Assembly (NCBI GenBank): GCA_028823995.1
Contig: JAPPFD010000009.1
Span: 89,500-153,499, forward strand
Length of the DNA stretch: 64,000 nt
Direction of reading: 5' to 3'
DNA from: a bacterium
GTDB taxonomy: Bacteria > Actinomycetota > Acidimicrobiia > Spongiisociales > ZC4RG35
Position numbers and translations under genes: made by a program. Positions 38,193 through 49,900 of the stretch are shown piece after piece. The notes beneath the pieces were generated by a model. It worked only from the letters and a program-made list of their open reading frames with translations. It was not told the origin of the DNA and searched no databases. Within the stretch, counting starts at the first letter, position 1. Each line of letters begins with the position of its first letter.

Positions 38193-38729
38193 GTGGATAC
38201 TCTGGCGGGACAGCTTCTGGTTGCCTCGCCCCGGCTGGTGGACCCCAACTTCGTCCGCACGGTGGTGGTGATGTTGAACCACGACGGCCAGGGCGCGATG
38301 GGAGTGGTGATAAACCGTCCCAGCGAGTTGCCGGTCGCCGATTACCTACCCGAGTGGGTGGACACCCTGGCGTCTCCCGAGGTCGTCTTCTACGGCGGCC
38401 CGGTGGAGCAGACGGTCGCCATCGGGCTACGGGAGAGTGCGGACGCCGGAGCGAACTCCACCCCCATTCCGGGGCTCGGCATGGTCAACTTCGGTGAGGA
38501 CCAAGCGGACCTGACGGACGGCCGCGTGCGGGTCTTCGCCGGTTACGCCGGATGGGGGCCCGGCCAACTCGAGGAGGAGATCGAGGAGGAGTCCTGGATC
38601 ACCGTGCCGGCCTTCGCCGGGGATGTCTTCTCCCCGGTCCCCGAAGACCTGTGGGCCAAGGTCCTCAGCCGCCAGGGCGGACAAATCGCTCTCCTGGCCT
38701 CCATGCCGCTCGACCCCGAGCTCAACTGA
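38193..38729 (+). CDS. YqgE/AlgH (DUF179) family protein
   Basis: DPNFVRTVV, GVVINRP, GGPV and FAGYAGWGPGQLEEE motifs. Confidence 0.95.
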   Translation: MDTLAGQLLVASPRLVDPNFVRTVVVMLNHDGQGAMGVVINRPSELPVADYLPEWVDTLASPEVVFYGGPVEQTVAIGLRESADAGANSTPIPGLGMVNFGEDQADLTDGRVRVFAGYAGWGPGQLEEEIEEESWITVPAFAGDVFSPVPEDLWAKVLSRQGGQIALLASMPLDPELN

Positions 38730-38763
38730 CCCCGGGCGCCGCAACCCGGCCCGCCGTGTCTTA

Positions 38764-39022
38764 ATTCTTGGGTTTACCCTCCCGACCCGCCGCCGCCTTT
38801 CCGGTCGAAAAATATCGGATGGGCGCAGGCCGATCCGAAACCGAGGATCTGATCGTCGGCTAGATTGCTCCCTGCCCGTGGATAGTGAGTGGTTTTCCGC
38901 GGGACAGGAGGCTTGATGGTGATCGAAACGGTCCGGGCCATTTGTGATGTTTGTTGCTGACAGTGTGGTCGGGTGGTGGGACACTCGGCCCGGCCGTGTT
39001 CCCCGGTTTTTCCGCGACTGCG
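38764..39022 (-). repeat. Dispersed intergenic repeat, diverged copy B
   Basis: The minus strand carries the family blocks in order: GAAAAACCGGGG, TGTCCCACCA..CCACA.TG, CCCGGACCG, CTGTCCC and GGAAAGGCGGCGGCGGG..GGGAGGGT..CCC..AAT. Confidence 0.65.
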
Positions 39023-39097
39023 AGATTTTTTCCCACCTTTGGGATGGGGGACGGCCCGGGCTGTCCACAAGGCCCACCCGGGGAGATGGGCACATCT

Positions 39098-39874
39098 ATG
39101 CTGGGCCGGGTGGTGACCACCACCGTGCCCCGGTTGCGCAAGTCCATCGCCGCCCGTCCCCCGGGGTTGAAGGCGGAGCGGGAGATGTGGGAGGCGGGCC
39201 GGGAGGTGGTGGCCGGGATGGACGAGGTGGGCAGGGGAGCATGGGCGGGGCCGATCACCGTGGGGGCGGTGGTGGCGCCCCGGAATCGCCGGGTCTACAA
39301 GGTCCGGGACTCCAAACTCCTCAAGCCTTCGGAGAGGGAGGCCCTCTTCGACCGGATTGCAGGTTGGTGTCTGGCCTGGGCGGTAGGGCACGCCAGCGCG
39401 GCGGAGTGTGACCACCTCGGGATGTCCGAGGCCCAGCGGCTCGCGGCTCGTCGAGCCCTGGCTGGGCTGGACATGCCGGTGGACGGGGTGCTGGTGGATG
39501 GCCGGTGGGACTTCGTGGGCCATCGGAGCACCCGGCGGATAGTCGGAGGTGATCGAACGTCCCTCTCGATCGCCGCCGCCTCGGTCCTGGCCAAGGTGAC
39601 CCGCGACCGGATGATGATCACCGAGTCCTCCCGCTTTCCCGCATACAACTTCGAGGACAACAAGGGGTACCCGTGTCCGGTGCACCGGGCGGCTCTGCAC
39701 GCCGTCGGTCCGAGCGCCATCCATCGCAGGTCCTGGGTGTTCATGGAAGGTCTGGTCTGGACGGGCGTTCCCCGCTACCGCCGTCCCGACTCCCAGGGCG
39801 TCCTCCCCTTCGAGGACTCACCGTCCCGAGCCCACCTCTTCCCGCCTCCCGCCCGCGCCGGTCCCGCCAAATAA
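39098..39874 (+). CDS. rnhB: Ribonuclease HII (start uncertain)
   Basis: GMDEVGRG, DSK, LVDG and GDRTSLSIAAASVLAKVTRD motifs. Confidence 0.94.
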   Translation: MLGRVVTTTVPRLRKSIAARPPGLKAEREMWEAGREVVAGMDEVGRGAWAGPITVGAVVAPRNRRVYKVRDSKLLKPSEREALFDRIAGWCLAWAVGHASAAECDHLGMSEAQRLAARRALAGLDMPVDGVLVDGRWDFVGHRSTRRIVGGDRTSLSIAAASVLAKVTRDRMMITESSRFPAYNFEDNKGYPCPVHRAALHAVGPSAIHRRSWVFMEGLVWTGVPRYRRPDSQGVLPFEDSPSRAHLFPPPARAGPAK

Positions 39875-39919
39875 ACGTTGGTGAGCGGGTTCCGGAGACC
39901 TAGAATGTCCTAGCACAAC

Positions 39920-42424
39920 GTGGGTACCAGGACGCCCACCCGTCGGAGGCAGAGCGGGCGGAGGCGGGTGTCCTCCAAGAAAACCAAAAAGCCGGTCAAA
40001 GGGAAATCAGCGCCCAGGCGGCCGGTGAGTCCCCCTCAGCCCAAGTTGCCCCTGCGGAGTCGGCTGTGGTCTGCCGCTTCTTCCCGGATGGGCAAAGTGG
40101 GCGCCGAGGCGTGGGGAGTCATGCTCGTGCTGTTCTCGGTGATCCTCACCCTGTTCCTGGTGGGCGCCGGAGGACCGGCGGGGCAGGCCGTCAAGACCGC
40201 CTTCTCCTACCTGTTCGGCCAGTGGTCCGCTTTGACGCCCCTCGCCCTGCTGGGAATGGGCTTGGTGCTGGTTTTGGGGAAGCCGGCCCTGAGCAAGCGG
40301 CGGCTCTTCTTCGCGGTCATGGTGTTCTTCTTCTCCACCCTGGGGCTGTTCCACCTCCTGACCGGCGCTCCATCCCTGGCCAGCGGGGCTGAGGTCATCG
40401 GAGAGCGAGGCGGGGCGGTGGGCGCGCTGGTCGCCTTTCCCCTCCAGCGCTCGATCGGATACGCCTCCACCTTCGTGATCCTGGTGGGAGGGGTGACCAT
40501 GAGCGTCCTGATGGTAAGCAGGACGCCGATGCGGGAGTTCTTCGTGGCTTTGGGGGAGTTGATGATGTGGGCGCCCAGGATGATGCGGCGGCGCCGGACG
40601 CTCTCCCGCATCTCCAAGGCGGTGGCGGCCTCGGCGCCGGACTCGTCAACCGTCGTAAGGGCGCCGACCAGGACCGCCGGCAAACGCCGGGGATGGAGGA
40701 GGAAAGCCCTCGGATCGGGGCCGTGGCCGATCGCTCCCGTGTTGGAGGTCCCGGACGCCGAAACCGATCCCGCCGTTCCTGAGGCGGAGGTCCTCGAGGT
40801 GTTGGAGGAGGAGCCGGAGACCGACACCGTGGTACCGGGCTCTCCTCGCCTGCAGGTGGTGGAGGATCCACCCCTGGGCGGTTCGGACCTGTCTGGGCAG
40901 AACGGGCGGGTGAGCGGAGCGGGAGACGCGCCGGAGCCCCCTGCTCCCGATGTGAAGACTGCCCCGGACCGCGAAGCCGCTCCCACCTCCGAGTACCAAC
41001 TTCCCCCGCTCGATCTGCTGAGAAGGGGAGGAAAGGCGACGGGCACCTCCGAAGGCATGAAGAACACGGCCGCCGCCCTGCGCAAGGCGCTGTCGGACCA
41101 CGGCGTGGATGCCCGGATCACGGGGGTGGTGTCGGGGCCCTCGGTCACTCGCTTCGAAATCGAACTGGCGCCCGGGGTGAAGGTGCAGAAGCTGTCGGCT
41201 CTCTCCAATGACATCGCCTACGCCCTGGCCACCCCGGATGTGAGGCTGCTGGTTCCCATCCCGGGCCGCTCGGCGATCGGGGTGGAGGTGCCCAACGTGC
41301 AGCGGCGGCTTGTGAGGCTGGGTGACATCCTGGCCAGCCCCGAGGCCCGGGAGGATCACCGCCCCCTGGTGGTGGGGCTGGGGATGGACATCAGCGGCAA
41401 GCCGTGCTTTCTCGACTTGGCCGAACTCCCCCATGTGCTGATCGCCGGGGCCACCGGGGCCGGCAAGTCGTCTTGCATCAACTCGATGATCACCTCGCTG
41501 CTGACCAGGACCAGTCCCGAGGATCTCAAACTGATTCTGGTGGATCCGAAACGGGTGGAGTTGCGGCAGTACGAGGGCGCTCCCCACCTGCTCACCCGGG
41601 TGATCACCGATCCGAAGAAGGCCACCGAGGGGCTCAAGTGGGTCGTGGCGGAGATGGACCGCCGCTACGACCTGCTGGCCGAGGCTGAGGTGCGGGACAT
41701 CTCCGGGTACGCGGCGAAGTGGAAGATGGGGGCGCTGGAACCGGAGATGTTCGATCTCTTTCCGTATTTGGTGGTGGTGGTGGATGAACTCAACGACCTG
41801 ATGATGGTCGCCGGACGGGAGGTGGAGATGGCGATCGTGCGCATCGCCCAGATGGCGCGGGCGGTCGGCATCCACCTGGTGCTGGCTACCCAGCGACCGT
41901 CCGTGAACGTGATCACGGGGGTGATCAAGGCCAATGTCCCTTCCAGGCTGGCGTTCAGCGTGGCGTCCCAGACCGACAGCCGGGTGATCATAGACTCGGC
42001 GGGCGCCGAGAAGCTGGTGGGACAGGGCGACATGCTGGTTGTGACCGCCCGCCAACCCCGGCCGCAGCGGATTCAGGGAGCCTGGGTGGACGAGGCCGAG
42101 ATATCCCGGGTGGTTTCCTGGGTGACCCGCCAGGGCCGGCCGGATGGGTCAGTCGACGAAGTGCTGGAAATGGCCCTCACCCAGGAGGCGGCCGGCGCGC
42201 CGCCCGAGGACGACGAGGACGAGGAACTGCTGAGACAGGCAATGGAACTGGTGGTTCGCTCCCAGCTCGGCTCCACGTCCATGCTGCAGAGAAAGCTGAG
42301 GGTCGGGTTCGCACGGGCCGGCCGCTTGATGGACATCCTGGAGCGCAGGGGGGTGGTGGGACCCTCCCTCGGGTCCAAGGCCCGGGAGGTGCTGATCGGT
42401 CCCGACGAACTGGGGGTTCGCTGA
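39920..42424 (+). CDS. ftsK: FtsK/SpoIIIE DNA translocase
   Basis: N-terminal TM domain, GATGAGKS, VVDELNDLMM, LATQRPS and gamma domain LQRKLRVGFARAGRLMD. Confidence 0.96.
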   Translation: MGTRTPTRRRQSGRRRVSSKKTKKPVKGKSAPRRPVSPPQPKLPLRSRLWSAASSRMGKVGAEAWGVMLVLFSVILTLFLVGAGGPAGQAVKTAFSYLFGQWSALTPLALLGMGLVLVLGKPALSKRRLFFAVMVFFFSTLGLFHLLTGAPSLASGAEVIGERGGAVGALVAFPLQRSIGYASTFVILVGGVTMSVLMVSRTPMREFFVALGELMMWAPRMMRRRRTLSRISKAVAASAPDSSTVVRAPTRTAGKRRGWRRKALGSGPWPIAPVLEVPDAETDPAVPEAEVLEVLEEEPETDTVVPGSPRLQVVEDPPLGGSDLSGQNGRVSGAGDAPEPPAPDVKTAPDREAAPTSEYQLPPLDLLRRGGKATGTSEGMKNTAAALRKALSDHGVDARITGVVSGPSVTRFEIELAPGVKVQKLSALSNDIAYALATPDVRLLVPIPGRSAIGVEVPNVQRRLVRLGDILASPEAREDHRPLVVGLGMDISGKPCFLDLAELPHVLIAGATGAGKSSCINSMITSLLTRTSPEDLKLILVDPKRVELRQYEGAPHLLTRVITDPKKATEGLKWVVAEMDRRYDLLAEAEVRDISGYAAKWKMGALEPEMFDLFPYLVVVVDELNDLMMVAGREVEMAIVRIAQMARAVGIHLVLATQRPSVNVITGVIKANVPSRLAFSVASQTDSRVIIDSAGAEKLVGQGDMLVVTARQPRPQRIQGAWVDEAEISRVVSWVTRQGRPDGSVDEVLEMALTQEAAGAPPEDDEDEELLRQAMELVVRSQLGSTSMLQRKLRVGFARAGRLMDILERRGVVGPSLGSKAREVLIGPDELGVR

Positions 42425-42572
42425 GCGGCCAGGGCGGCCCCCACTTTATCGGGGCCTCTTTGAAGGTAAGGAGGGGCCGCGGGTGGTACTGCTGGCGTGC
42501 AAGTCGGTCATCACCAGCCGTGGATTTTTTGACTGGCTAACCTTCGCTTGGCGAAAGGACCGAAGGAGAACT

Positions 42573-43178
42573 TTGAAAGTCCCTCCCGCCCTGGCGACTG
42601 TCGCCAAGGTAACCGACTGGACGGCGCAGACCTACATAAAGGTGGCCGACGGCCTGACCGATGTGGCGGGGTGGATTGCCCGGGCGCTGGTGTTGATCCT
42701 CATCCCCATCGGCTTCTTGAACGTGTTCTTACGCTACGTGGGCCAATACGTGCAGGCCCAGTTGGTCAACAACACGTGGATCGAGGCCCAGTGGTACCTG
42801 TACGGGCTGATTTTCCTCTTGATGTTCCCCTACCTGCTCCGCTACGACGGCAACGTGCGGGTCGACTTCTGGTATGCCGAGCGCAGCGACCGGGTCAAGG
42901 CCAGGATCGACCTGATCGGACACCTGGTCGGCCTCGTGCCGTTCACCCTGCTCGCCATCTGGGTTTCGTGGAAGCCGGTCCAGGACTCTTGGAGGCACTG
43001 GGAGATGTCCCCCGATCCCGGAGGTCTCCCCCGGGCGCCGATCAAGGCGATGATCCTGCTGGCGTTCATACTCCTGGGAATGCAGGCGCTGGCCTCCTTG
43101 ATACGGCTGGCGGCATACTTCACGGGGCGGGGCGCGGAACTGTTCATAGAACGCGAAGCCCCGATGAGAATCGAATGA
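42573..43178 (+). CDS. TRAP transporter small permease (DctQ-like)
   Basis: TTG start with GAAGGAG RBS. EAQWYL, NVRVDF and DPGGLPR motifs. Confidence 0.9.
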   Translation: MKVPPALATVAKVTDWTAQTYIKVADGLTDVAGWIARALVLILIPIGFLNVFLRYVGQYVQAQLVNNTWIEAQWYLYGLIFLLMFPYLLRYDGNVRVDFWYAERSDRVKARIDLIGHLVGLVPFTLLAIWVSWKPVQDSWRHWEMSPDPGGLPRAPIKAMILLAFILLGMQALASLIRLAAYFTGRGAELFIEREAPMRIE

Positions 43179-43215
43179 TGGGAGCCAGCCCCGCAGGAAC
43201 GGAGAGGACCGGCTG

Positions 43216-44580
43216 ATGAGCGTCGAGTGGCTCGCCATCATCATGTTCGCGGTCTTCCTGGTCCTGCTGCTGGCGGGGTATCCGGTGGCGTTCTCATTCG
43301 CGGGCACCGCCATCGTGTTCGGGGCCATCGGGATCCTGCTGGGCGAGTTTGATTTCAACCGGTTGATCATCCTGTTCAGCCGATGGTTCAAGGCCGTGGA
43401 CAACTTCACCCTGCTGGCCGTTCCCTTCTTCGTCTACATGGGGGCGATACTGGAGAAGTCCGGCTTGGCGGAACGGATGCTGACCACCATCGGCATGGCC
43501 CTGGGGCGCTTGAAAGGGGGATTGGGGCTGACGGTGGTCCTGGTCGGAGCCATGCTGGCGGCGGCCACCGGCGTGGTGGCGGCCACGGTGATCGTCATGG
43601 GCCTGCTGTCCCTTCCCACCATGGTGCGCTACGGCTACGACCACCGCCTGGCCACCGGGCTGATCACCGCCTCGGGGACCCTGGCCCAGCTCCTGCCGCC
43701 TTCCCTTGTTCTGATCCTTCTGGCCCAGGTGGTGGGAGTGTCGGTTGGGGACCTGTTCCTGGGCGCCATGGTCCCGGGCTTCATGTTGGCCGCCATTTAC
43801 GGTCTCTACGTCATCTACCGCGCCTACAAGGACCCCGACGCGGCGCCCGCCCTTCCCGACGAGGCCCGGACCATCCGGGGCCTGCGCCTCGCGAGAGAAC
43901 TCCTGATCGCGGTCGTGCCGGTGATACTGCTCATACTGGCGGTGCTGGGCTCGATCTTCACCGGCATCGCCACCCCCACCGAGGCGGGTGCGGTGGGTGC
44001 CACCGCCGCCGTCGCCCTGGCGGCCGCCAACCGCAACCTGAACCGCTCCGTCCTGGTCGGGGCGTCACGCTCCACGGCCAACATCACCGGCCTGGTCCTG
44101 ATGATCCTCTTCTGCTCGACCTTCTTCCAACTGATCTTCGATCAACTGGGCGGCCAGCGCCTCGCTCAGGAGATCCTCACCGGTCTTCCCGGAGGGTTCT
44201 GGGGGTTCATCATCATCGCCAACATCGCCGTGTTCCTATTGGGGATCAACCTGGAGTTCATCGAGATCACCTTCATAGTGATGCCCATCTTCGTCCCCGC
44301 GGTGAGAGTGCTGTTCGAAACCGGAGTCACCCCCTTCGACACCCTTCCGGCCTTGATGGTCTGGTTCACCGTGATGATGGCGATCAACCTCAACATGGCC
44401 TTCATCTCCCCTCCGGTGGGCTTCTCCCTCTTCTACCTGCAGAGTGTGGCCCCTCCGGAGGTGAGAACGATTGACATCCACCGGGGCGCCTTGCCCTTCA
44501 TGGTCCTCCAGGGTGTGGCGCTGGTGCTGGTGATGATCTTCCCCCAGACCGTGATCTGGCTGCCGAGCGTGGTGGGCTGA
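43216..44580 (+). CDS. TRAP transporter large permease (DctM-like)
   Basis: [28 protein letters not shown] and [11 protein letters not shown] motifs. Confidence 0.94.
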   Translation: MSVEWLAIIMFAVFLVLLLAGYPVAFSFAGTAIVFGAIGILLGEFDFNRLIILFSRWFKAVDNFTLLAVPFFVYMGAILEKSGLAERMLTTIGMALGRLKGGLGLTVVLVGAMLAAATGVVAATVIVMGLLSLPTMVRYGYDHRLATGLITASGTLAQLLPPSLVLILLAQVVGVSVGDLFLGAMVPGFMLAAIYGLYVIYRAYKDPDAAPALPDEARTIRGLRLARELLIAVVPVILLILAVLGSIFTGIATPTEAGAVGATAAVALAAANRNLNRSVLVGASRSTANITGLVLMILFCSTFFQLIFDQLGGQRLAQEILTGLPGGFWGFIIIANIAVFLLGINLEFIEITFIVMPIFVPAVRVLFETGVTPFDTLPALMVWFTVMMAINLNMAFISPPVGFSLFYLQSVAPPEVRTIDIHRGALPFMVLQGVALVLVMIFPQTVIWLPSVVG

Positions 44581-44633
44581 GGTCTGTAGATCCGACCCGG
44601 TTGCGGCGTCATGGCCTGGTTTCTGCCAAATTG

Positions 44634-44665
44634 AAGGAGGGACGGGCAGGCGCCCGTCCCTCCTT
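44634..44665. terminator. Bidirectional terminator-like hairpin
   Basis: Perfect 14-bp stem AAGGAGGGACGGGC-AGGC-GCCCGTCCCTCCTT between convergent dctM and dctP. Confidence 0.75.
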
Positions 44666-44684
44666 TGGTTGGTGAGAGGATCTA

Positions 44685-45905
44685 CTACGTCCTGCGACCG
44701 GTCCAGCTGACCATGGCGGTCTCGGCGAGGCCGTGCCACTGGGTGATTCCGGCGCGGAATTCCTTCCACTGCTCGTAGATCGTGGCGAAGTCGTCATCGG
44801 CCGCCGCCGTCTCGTCGAACAACTCGAAGGCCGCATCCTCGGATGCCTGCATCACGTCATCCGGGAATGGACGCAACTCGATGTCCGACTGGATGATCTC
44901 CTGCAGGGAAACCGGGTTCTTGGCGTCGTAGCGGGCCATCATGGTGGCGTTGGCCCCGTAGGCGGCCGCTTCGACGATCGCCTGGTACTCCTCGGGGAGA
45001 TCGTTCCAGCGGGACAGCGGGATGAACGTATCCAGCTGCGGGCCCGGCTCCCACCACCCGGGGTAGTAGTAGTACGTGGACACCTGGTGGAATCCCATGG
45101 TGGTGTCGTCGTAGGGTCCCACCCACTCGGTGGCGTCGATGGCGCCGGTCTGGAGGGCTTGGAAGATCTCTCCTCCGGGCAGCACCTGGACGGTGACACC
45201 CAGCCGCTCCAAAACCTTGCCGCCGAAGCCGGGGATCCGCATGCGCAGACCCTCCAGATCGGCCAGAGAGTTGATCTCCTTGTTGAACCAACCGCCCATC
45301 TGCACGCCGGTGTTACCGGCCGGGAAGTTGATCACGCCGAAACGGTCGGCGTAGAAGTCCCGCATCAGAGGCAGTCCGCCTCCTTCGTACATCCACGCGT
45401 TCTGCTGGCGATAGGTGAGTCCGAACGGCAGTGCGGTCGAGAACGCCGTTGCCGGGCTGAGGCCCACGTAGTAATAGGAGGCCGTGTGACCGGCCGGGAT
45501 GGCGTCCTGCTGGACGTTCTGGAGCACCTCCAGGCCGGGGACGAGTTCGCCTCCCGCCCGGGGTGTGATCCGGAAGCGTCCGCCGGACAGCTTGCTGACC
45601 CGCTCGGCGAAGTCGACGGCTCCGCCGTAGATCGTGTCGAGGGACAGCGGCCAACTGGTGCCCATCTCCCACTCGATCTCCGGACCGCCCTCCGCCGCCA
45701 CCACCTCGGCGGCCTCCTGGGCTGCCGTAGTGGCCGGCGCGGCGGTCGTGGCCGGCGCTTCCTCATCTTCGCTTGCGCAGGCAGCCACGGCGGTCAGAAG
45801 GCCACCGGCTGCCACGGTCATCCCGGCTTTCTTCAGAAAGTCCCGCCGGTCGACCTTGGTCTCGATCGTCTCTTCCAGGGACGGTCCTGGGTTCTTGGTT
45901 GTCAC
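44685..45905 (-). CDS. TRAP substrate-binding protein (DctP/TakP-like), Tat lipoprotein
   Basis: DRRDFLKKAG Tat motif plus AVAAC lipobox. GNTGVQMGGW, LRMRIPG, EWVGP and YPGWWEP motifs. Confidence 0.93.
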   Translation of the reverse strand: MTTKNPGPSLEETIETKVDRRDFLKKAGMTVAAGGLLTAVAACASEDEEAPATTAAPATTAAQEAAEVVAAEGGPEIEWEMGTSWPLSLDTIYGGAVDFAERVSKLSGGRFRITPRAGGELVPGLEVLQNVQQDAIPAGHTASYYYVGLSPATAFSTALPFGLTYRQQNAWMYEGGGLPLMRDFYADRFGVINFPAGNTGVQMGGWFNKEINSLADLEGLRMRIPGFGGKVLERLGVTVQVLPGGEIFQALQTGAIDATEWVGPYDDTTMGFHQVSTYYYYPGWWEPGPQLDTFIPLSRWNDLPEEYQAIVEAAAYGANATMMARYDAKNPVSLQEIIQSDIELRPFPDDVMQASEDAAFELFDETAAADDDFATIYEQWKEFRAGITQWHGLAETAMVSWTGRRT

Positions 45906-46148
45906 TTGTTCTCCTTTCTGTTTCTTAACCTTTCGCTTGGTGGTTTCATTCTATTCACACGGGTTCCCCTATGTTCCCGTGGAAGGGGGGATCAGGCTCG
46001 TTGTGTGACGGCTTCATTAGCCATGGGCCCTTTCCTGCCCCTTTCCCGGCCCCAAGCGACTGCTCCCGCTGGTCACATCTCGGCAAGGGGGCGCCGGGCG
46101 TTTATTGGCCGAGATTGAGCCGGACCATCCTTACCATTCGATGCAAGC

Positions 46149-46970
46149 GTGATCGGTTCTGGCAACATCCCTGCGGCGGCCGCCGTGGCACAGGTGGCCC
46201 TGTTGGGCATCGGACCGCCCGGAGGGGCCGTCGCCTCCGGCCTGAACGCCGATCGGGTGCCACATTCCCACCCCGAGGACCCGGCTCCGCAGCCGCCACC
46301 GTTAGAGGACCCCGCCCCGGTCGTCTACCTCACCTTCGACGACGGGCCTCACCCCGTCTACACACCCCAGGTGCTGGAGGTCCTGGCTTCCTATGAGATC
46401 AAGGCCACCTTCTTCGTGGTGGGCGACATGGTGCGGAGGTGGCCGGACGCCGCACGGCAGATAGTTGCGGAAGGCCATTCCATCCAATCGCATGCCTGGA
46501 ATCATGACACCCTCACGGCATTCAACCGCAAGGAATTCAAAAGGGACATGATCAGGACCCAGACCGAACTGCTCTATGCCACCAAGACGCAGGCCACCTG
46601 TCTGCGGCCTCCTTACGGCGCCACCAATTCCAAAGTGGAGAAGTGGGCGAATGAGTTGGGGCTGCCCGTCGAACTGTGGGATGTGAGCGGAAACGACTGG
46701 ACCGACATCTCGGCTGAGGGGATCGCCAGGAGGGTCTTACGCGGGGTCGCTCCGGGATCGGTGGTGCTTCTTCATGATGGGGGCGGCCCCCGCTCCCGCA
46801 CGGTCTCCTCGCTGGAAATCATCATTCCCACCTTGCTGGACGACGGTTACCGCTTCGGACTGCTGTGCCGGACCAACCCGGTGTCAGTCGAGCCGGCGGT
46901 TTGCGCGTTCTCCCCTGCCTGGCCGAGGGTGGGGACTTGTGGGCGTTACTCGTCGCGGGACATTCAATAG
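46149..46970 (+). CDS. Polysaccharide deacetylase (CE4/NodB); start uncertain
   Basis: LTFDDGP, HAWNH, RPPYG and LLHDGG motifs. Confidence 0.9.
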   Translation: MIGSGNIPAAAAVAQVALLGIGPPGGAVASGLNADRVPHSHPEDPAPQPPPLEDPAPVVYLTFDDGPHPVYTPQVLEVLASYEIKATFFVVGDMVRRWPDAARQIVAEGHSIQSHAWNHDTLTAFNRKEFKRDMIRTQTELLYATKTQATCLRPPYGATNSKVEKWANELGLPVELWDVSGNDWTDISAEGIARRVLRGVAPGSVVLLHDGGGPRSRTVSSLEIIIPTLLDDGYRFGLLCRTNPVSVEPAVCAFSPAWPRVGTCGRYSSRDIQ

Positions 46971-49900
46971 CGTCTGGCCTTGGCGGGAAGGCCCAGTCCC
47001 TTCAGGCTGACGGCGAAACCCTCGCCCTGCAGGGCGGCGGAGAGGGGGTGCTCCCCGGCGGGGAGCTCGTTGATCCGGTCTATCCGAAATCGACGGTGGC
47101 GACTCCCCAGCTTGGCCAGCCCTTCAGCCAGCGTTTCGGGCGTCAGGTCGTCGAGGTCCCGCACCGTCAGCCGGCGGTGGTTCAGGAAGGCGGCCAGTTC
47201 TCCGTTCCAAAGCGCCACATAGCATCCCGCCGCCCTGGCGAAACGGACATCGGGGAGTTTGGGCCAGGGGATCGCCGCTCCGTAGGGGTTGGCCGGATCG
47301 GTGGCCGCCAGCACCACGAGCCGGGGCTCGGATTCCTCCCGGAGGCGGTCGACCGCTCCCGCCAAGGCGAACTGGGCCCCACCCAGGCCCTCGATGAAGT
47401 AGCCGCGCCTGGACTTGCCGGTCTCTTCCAGGCGGGCCAGCACCGGGTAAATGCCCGTGAACCCACCCCGAATGCCCTCTGCGGCCACCACCGACCGGGT
47501 CACGATCCCGTGCCGGTCGAGAAGTTGGATCCCCAGCGCGGCGTAGTGCTCGGTGGCAGGGAGGGAGCCTTCGCCGGAAACGTCGGGCACCAGCGACCAC
47601 CTTCCGGCCGTGTCCGGGGGAAATGCCATGTTCCTGCGGCGACCCGTGGGGGAGCGGCGGGCGCGGAGATGCGCCCGGAGGGCGTGGAGGCTGTCGTTGG
47701 TCACCAGCCCGGCCCACACCAGGTCCCAGAGGGCGTCGACCACGTCGGGGAGGTCCTCGCCGCCGGCGGCCTGGAGGATCTCTGCGAAGAAGGACGCCCC
47801 CCGTCTGTCGAGATGCTCGCGGATGGCCCGGTGAAGGGGCTGGTCGGGGGGGTCCTCCGGTCCCCCGGGATCAAGTTGGCTGAACCGGTCCCGCAGGTAG
47901 AGGGCCACCTTCCCGTCCCGCCGCCCCAGTGATCCCCTCCCCACCCAGATCAGGCGGCCCTCCGCCAGCAACTGGTCGAGCCGAGGTGTGGGATTGGAGT
48001 GGCGCGCCGCCAGGATGTCGCTCTCCAGCATGGAGGCGGGGACCGGACAGCCCTGTATCTGTGCGATGGTTCCCAAGAGCGAACCGGGGCCGCCGGGAGG
48101 ATCGTCTCCCACCCGGTGCCATGCGGTGAGAAACCGGGCCAGCGCCACCGAGTCGACCGGCTCCACCTGGCGGCGCAGCGAAGCCAGCGAGCGGCGCTTG
48201 AGCCTTCTGAGAACCTCGGTATCCACCCACTCGGGCGGTCCCCCGGCGCGGAACACGCCTCCGATCACTCTTGACTCGCCCGCCAGGCGGGAGAGCACTT
48301 CCTCGGTCACCGCGGTGGGCAGGCCCAGGGCGGCGGCCGCCTGGGAGGCCGGGAAGGGACCGTGGGTGCGGGCATAGCGGGAAACCACGTCTCCCAGCGG
48401 GTCCTCGACGGGCTCGGAGAAGGCCGCCGGGACCCCGGGCGGGAGTTGACAGCCCAGGGCGTCCCGGAGACGGGCCGCATCCTCGACCGCCGCCCACACC
48501 GGGCGGGCGGCCACCGTCACTCCGATAACCCGCCGGGTGTTTCGAAGCTCCTCCAGGGCGGCGCCTGCCCCGTGGGCGCGTAGATCCAGGTCGGACCGGC
48601 TCAGGGGACCGAGCCTGCGCAGCAGGTCATGAACTCCGTCGGCACCGCGCACCCGCCTTTCTTCGGTGAGGTGCTGGAGTTCCAACTCAAGGGAGGCGAC
48701 CACGTCCGGCGAGATCAGTTCTCCGATCTCTCCTTCTCCGAGGAGTTGGGAGAGAAGATGGCGGTCCAGGGTGATGGCCATGGCCTTGCGCTCGGCGGCC
48801 GGACCGTCGGTCTCGTAGAGGAACCCCGCCAGGAAGGCCTGCATCAGGGAGGTGGCGAAGGGAGAGGCCTGCAGGAGTTCCACCTCCACCAAACGCACCT
48901 TGCGGCTGCGGAGGTCGGTGAGCAGGGACCGCAGGTAGGGGAGGTCGAAATCATCCTGCAGCACCTCCCGGTAGGTCTCGAGGATTATCGGGAAGGAGTC
49001 GAAGCGGCGGGCCACCGACAACAGGTCCGCCGCCCGTCGTCGCTGGAGCCAGAGGGGGGTGCGGTAACCCGGGCGCCGGCGAGGCAGCAGAAGGGCGCGC
49101 CCGGCCGCCTCGCGGAACCGGGAGGCGAAGAGAGCGGTGCCCGACAGGTGGTCCATCAGCAGGTCGGACACCTGGTCGGGGGTCAGCAGGATGTCGTCGG
49201 CGGAGGGGGGATCGTCCGCATCGGGAAAGCGAAAGATGATCCCGTCGTCCGACCATGCCGCGTCGATCTCGATCCCGTAGCGGGAACGGAGATGGCCGAT
49301 GGCGGCCATCGCCCAGGGGGCGTGGATCCGCGCCCCCAGCGGGGAGAGGACCACCATCCTCCAGTCCCCGATCTCGTCCCGGAAACGCTCCACGACCACG
49401 GTCCGGTCGTCGGGGAGAGCGCTGCCCGAGGTCCGCTGGTCCTCCAGGTAGGCGACCAGGTTCTCGGCCGCCCACCGGTCGAGGCCCACCTGCTCGGTGA
49501 GGCGACGTTCCGCTTCCTCCGGCGCCAGGGCGGAGGTCTCCCGAAGGAACCTGCCGATCGCCAGCCCGGTCTCGGCCGATCGCCCTATCGTGTCTCCCCG
49601 CCAGAACGGCATCTGGCCCGGTACGCCCGGCGCCGGGGTCACCTCTATCCGGTCATGGGTGATCTCGCCGATCCGCCACGAGGAGGACCCGAGGAGAAAG
49701 ACGTCGCCGGGCCGGGACTCATAGACCATCTCCTCATCGAGTTCCCCAACCCGGCTGCCGTCGGGGAGTTGGACGCGGTAGAGGCCCCGGTCGGGAATCA
49801 CTCCGGCGTTGGTCACCGCCAGTTGCCTGGCGCCCGACCGGGGTTTGACGGTGTCCTCCATCCGGTCCCACACGACCCGGGGCCGGAGTTCGGCGAAGAG

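Noticed and set aside
39061-39069. DnaA-box-like CTGTCCACA
   Set aside because: A single mismatched box with no cluster and no dnaA/dnaN context, so not oriC.
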